The notes under the pieces: generated by a model
Told to the model about the DNA's origin: nothing
Seen by the model: the letters and a program-made list of their open reading frames with translations, nothing else
Database searches by the model: none
Shown: one piece after another, positions 60,642-64,000 of the stretch
Layout of the letters: every line of letters starts with the position of its first letter
How positions within the stretch are numbered: position 1 is the stretch's first letter
Assembly (NCBI GenBank): GCA_963776345.1
Contig: CAVZMH010000022.1
Location: 448,001-512,000 of the forward strand
DNA: 64,000 nt
Direction: 5' to 3'
Source: an uncultured delta proteobacterium
Lineage (GTDB): Bacteria > Myxococcota > Myxococcia > Myxococcales > Myxococcaceae
Translations under genes and position numbers: made by a program

Positions 60642-61588
60642 GCACGCCGTGGTGGGTCTGGCTGCTGTTCAACGTCGGCGTCCTCGGGGTGCTGGCGATG
60701 GACCTCGGCGTGGCCCGCCGGCGCGGCCACCGGCCCCAGACCGCCGCCGCGGCCGGGCGCTGGGTGCTGCTCTGGGTGAGTCTGTCGCTCGGCTTCGGCG
60801 CCGCCCTGTGGTGGGGCCGTGGGCAGCGGACGGGGCTGGAGTTCTTCACCGCCTACGTCGTCGAGTACGCGCTCAGCGTCGACAACCTCTTCGTCTTCCT
60901 CCTGGTGTTCGAGTACTTCCGCATCCGTCCGGGAGAGCAGCACCTGCTCTTGTTCTGGGGCGTGCTGGGCGCGTTCGTGCTCCGGGGAACGCTGATCCTC
61001 GGCGGTGCGGCGCTGGTCCGCGAGTTCGAGTGGATGCTCTACCTGTTCGGGGCGTTCCTCCTCTGGACGGCGGCCAAGCTCATCCGCGGGGGGGAGGCCC
61101 AGGCCGACCCGGCCCACAACCCCGTGCTGCGGTTTGCCCGGCGGGTGCTGCCGGTGGCCGACCCAGCGCCCGAGGATCGGTTCGTCGTCCGGGGCACCCG
61201 TGGACTTCAAGTCACCCCGCTCTTCCTGGTGCTGCTGGTGGTGGAGACGACGGATCTGATGTTCGCGCTCGACTCCATCCCCGCGGTGCTCGGCGTGAGC
61301 CGCGACCCGTTCGTGCTCTACAGCAGCAACGTCACCGCGGTGCTCGGGCTGCGGTCGCTGTTCTTCGTGCTCCGGTCGCTGCTGTCCCGGCTGCACTACC
61401 TGAAACCGGCGCTGGCGGTGGTGCTGGGCTTCGTGGGGCTGAAGATGATCGCCGAGCCCTGGGTGCCGGTGCCGGTGTGGCTCTCTCTGGCGGTCATCGG
61501 CGGGGTGCTGGGCCTGGCCTTCGCGGCCTCCTGGTGGCGAGGCCGGAGTGAGCGCGCGTCACCGGAGCAGGGCGGGCCCGGGACTTGA
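60638..61588 (+). CDS. TerC/Alx family membrane protein
   Basis: EYALSVDNLFVF, ETTDLMFALDSIPA, LGLRSLFF. Confidence 0.93.
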
Positions 61589-61636
61589 CCGTTGCACCCC
61601 GGGCGGGGGACGGGCCATGGTCTCCGGGGGAGGGTC

Positions 61637-62020
61637 ATGTCCAGCACCGTCACCGAGGGCATCCGGGTCACCGTCCAGCCCAGCTTCTGGGCCGAGCGCA
61701 GCGCACCCGAGAACGGGCAGTTCGCCTTCAGCTACGCCGTGGAGATCGCCAACGAGGGCACGGCGCCGGCGCAGCTCCGGAGCCGGCACTGGGTCATCAC
61801 CGACGCGAACGGGCAGGTGGAGGAGGTGCGAGGGCAGGGCGTGGTGGGCGAGACCCCGCGGCTCGCCCCGGGTGAGCGTTTCGAGTACCGGAGCTGGGCG
61901 ATGCTGAGGACGCCCTTCGGGACCATGCGGGGGAGCTACACCTTCGTGCGCCCGGACGGGTCGACCTTCGAGGCCCGCATCTCCGAGTTCGCCCTGACCC
62001 AGCCGCACGCGCTCAACTGA
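61637..62020 (+). CDS. apaG: ApaG protein
   Basis: FAFSYAVEIANEG...QLRSRHWVITD...EVRGQGVVGETP...GTMRGSY. Confidence 0.95.
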   Translation: MSSTVTEGIRVTVQPSFWAERSAPENGQFAFSYAVEIANEGTAPAQLRSRHWVITDANGQVEEVRGQGVVGETPRLAPGERFEYRSWAMLRTPFGTMRGSYTFVRPDGSTFEARISEFALTQPHALN

Positions 62021-63078
62021 TGGACTCCGCTCCGCAGGGCGTGCTGCTCATCAACCTCGGGACCCCGGACGCGCCGGAGACGGGGGCGGTGCGCCGGTAT
62101 CTGCGCGAGTTCCTGAGCGACCCCCGGGTGCTGGACATCCCCCCGGCGGGCAGGGCGGCGCTGCTCTACGGGGTCATCCTCCCCTTCCGCCCGAGGAAGT
62201 CCGCCGAGGCCTACCGGAAGGTCTGGATGCCCCAGGGCTCACCGCTCCTGGTCCACGGGCGGGCGCTGAGCGACCGGCTCCAGGACGCGCTGGGGCCCGG
62301 GTGGGCGGTGGAGCTCGGGATGCGGTACGGGAGCCCGTCGCTCGGCTCGGCGCTGGAGAAGCTGCGGGCGCGGGGGGTGCGCGAGCTGACCGTGGTGCCG
62401 CTCTATCCGCAGTACGCCTCGAGCTCGACCGGCTCGAGCCTGGAGCGGGTGTACAGGCTGGTCGGCGAGGCGTGGAACGTGGAGGCGCTTCGGGTGCTCC
62501 CGCCCTTCTACGACCGGCCGGCCTTCCTGGACGCGTTCGCCGACGTGGGGCGCCCGGTGCTGGCCGAGGCCCGGCCCGAGCACGTGCTGTTCAGCTTCCA
62601 CGGGCTCCCCGAGCGACAGGTGAAGAAGAGCGACCCCACCGGCGCGCACTGCCTCGCGCGGGCGGACTGCTGCGACGTGGAGGTCCCGGCGAACCGCTGG
62701 TGCTACCGGATGCAGGCGGTGTTCACCGCCCGGGCGATGGCGCAGCGGCTGGGGCTCGAGCCGGGGAAGTGGACCGTCACCTTCCAGAGTCGCCTCGGGC
62801 GGACGCCGTGGGTGCGGCCGTACACCGACGTGGTGATTCCCGAGCTGGCGCGGAACGGGGTGAAGCGGCTGGCGGTGTTCTGTCCGGCGTTCGTCGCCGA
62901 CTGCCTGGAGACGCTGGAGGAGATCGGCATCCGGGCGAAGGCCGACTTCCTCGCGCACGGCGGGGAGTCGCTCACCCTGGTCCCGAGCCTGAACGCGCAT
63001 CCGTCGTGGGTGCGCGGGCTCACCAAGATGCTCCGGCAGCTCCGGGGCGAGGAAGCGGAGACCGGCGCCGCGGCGTGA
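62020..63078 (+). CDS. hemH: Ferrochelatase
   Basis: LINLGTPD, LREFLSDPRV, GMRYG, PLYPQY, FSFHGLP, FQSRLG, PYT, FVADCLETLEEI. Confidence 0.96.
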   Translation: MDSAPQGVLLINLGTPDAPETGAVRRYLREFLSDPRVLDIPPAGRAALLYGVILPFRPRKSAEAYRKVWMPQGSPLLVHGRALSDRLQDALGPGWAVELGMRYGSPSLGSALEKLRARGVRELTVVPLYPQYASSSTGSSLERVYRLVGEAWNVEALRVLPPFYDRPAFLDAFADVGRPVLAEARPEHVLFSFHGLPERQVKKSDPTGAHCLARADCCDVEVPANRWCYRMQAVFTARAMAQRLGLEPGKWTVTFQSRLGRTPWVRPYTDVVIPELARNGVKRLAVFCPAFVADCLETLEEIGIRAKADFLAHGGESLTLVPSLNAHPSWVRGLTKMLRQLRGEEAETGAAA

Positions 63079-63165
63079 GAGGAGCCGAGGCAAGGCGAAG
63101 GACGCCGGGAGCTGAACTGCTCCAGCGGCGCCCACTGAACGTCCCGCCCGGCGCCTGTGCGGAGT

Positions 63166-64000
63166 TCAGTGTTCTCGAGGCGCCGCCGCCCGCCGCAGTC
63201 GGTCCGCCACCGCCAGCCCGAGGCCTTCCTCGCCCGGCACCGAGATGACCACCACGTCCACCTTCGCCTCGTCGGCGGCGCGGAACACGCCGTACAGCTC
63301 GCGCGCCAGGCCCTCCACGTCCGCCGGGATGCGCAGCGCGACCAGCGGCGCCGGCACCTCGACCGACTCGGGCACCGCCACCGCGACGCGGCGCCCGCCC
63401 TCGGCCAGCGAGAGCGCCTTCGCCACCGCGGCGCCCGGCTCGGCCAGCAGCACGCCGGCCCGCGGCGCATAGTGCGAGGGCAGGAGCCCGGGCGCCCGCA
63501 TCTTCCGGCCAGGGACCCGGGAGATCCGATGCCCGAGCACCTTCTCCACCGCCTCCACCGGCACTCCACCGGGACGGAGCAGCACCGGCTCGTCGCCGCT
63601 CAGGTCGACGATGGTCGACTCCACGCCCACCCGCGCCGGCCCGCCGTCCAATACCAGATCGACGTCGGCGCCGAGGTCTTCTCGCACGTGCTCGGCCCGG
63701 GTGGGGCTCACCTGCCCGAAGCGGTTGGCGCTCGGCGCCGCCACCCCGCCGTTGAACACCCGGAGCACCGCCAGCGCCACCGGGTGTCCCGGCACCCGGA
63801 GGGCCACCGTCTCCTGCCCACCGGTCACCGCGTCCGAGGCGCGCGAGGACCGCCGGAGCACCAGGGTCAGCGGCCCGGGCCAGAACGCCGCGGCCAGCAT
63901 GTGGGCCTCGGGCGGCACCTCCGTCGCCCACTGCGACATCGCGCCCGCGTGCGCCACGTGGACGATGAGCGGGTGGGTGGACGGGCGGCCCTTCACCGCG
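63166..64000 (-). CDS. sua5: L-threonylcarbamoyladenylate synthase (Sua5 type); 5' end outside window
   Basis: KGRPSTHPLIVH, FWPGPLT, VALRVP, AAPSAN, GVESTI, APGLLPSHYAP, AVADRLRRAA. Confidence 0.95.
   Translation of the reverse strand, partial: AVKGRPSTHPLIVHVAHAGAMSQWATEVPPEAHMLAAAFWPGPLTLVLRRSSRASDAVTGGQETVALRVPGHPVALAVLRVFNGGVAAPSANRFGQVSPTRAEHVREDLGADVDLVLDGGPARVGVESTIVDLSGDEPVLLRPGGVPVEAVEKVLGHRISRVPGRKMRAPGLLPSHYAPRAGVLLAEPGAAVAKALSLAEGGRRVAVAVPESVEVPAPLVALRIPADVEGLARELYGVFRAADEAKVDVVVISVPGEEGLGLAVADRLRRAAAPREH

Overview
Very GC-rich bacterial DNA whose gene content and order point to Myxococcota (inference). The right end (49.7-64 kb) looks like conserved chromosome: an elb-like NAD-epimerase/HAD/LarA-like trio, a SWIB protein, a LysM-C39 protein, treY-glgX-terC-apaG-hemH and a partial sua5. 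The remaining ~49 kb is a patchwork of small operons and singletons. These include rubrerythrin/Fe-S oxidoreductase/DUF3501, an orphan YcaO-TfuA thioamidation pair, a Ser/Thr kinase fused to a periplasmic binding domain, and a mycobacterial Sdh1-like (type F) succinate dehydrogenase followed by a SagB-like oxidase/di-iron/kinase-like trio. Also present are small stress proteins, secreted peptidases and lipoproteins, a large LGFP/PLAT-like protein and several gene remnants. Several genes carry single-base frameshifts, probably assembly indels. I saw no tRNA, rRNA, CRISPR array, integrase or transposase. All family calls are by-eye motif recognition, not database searches.
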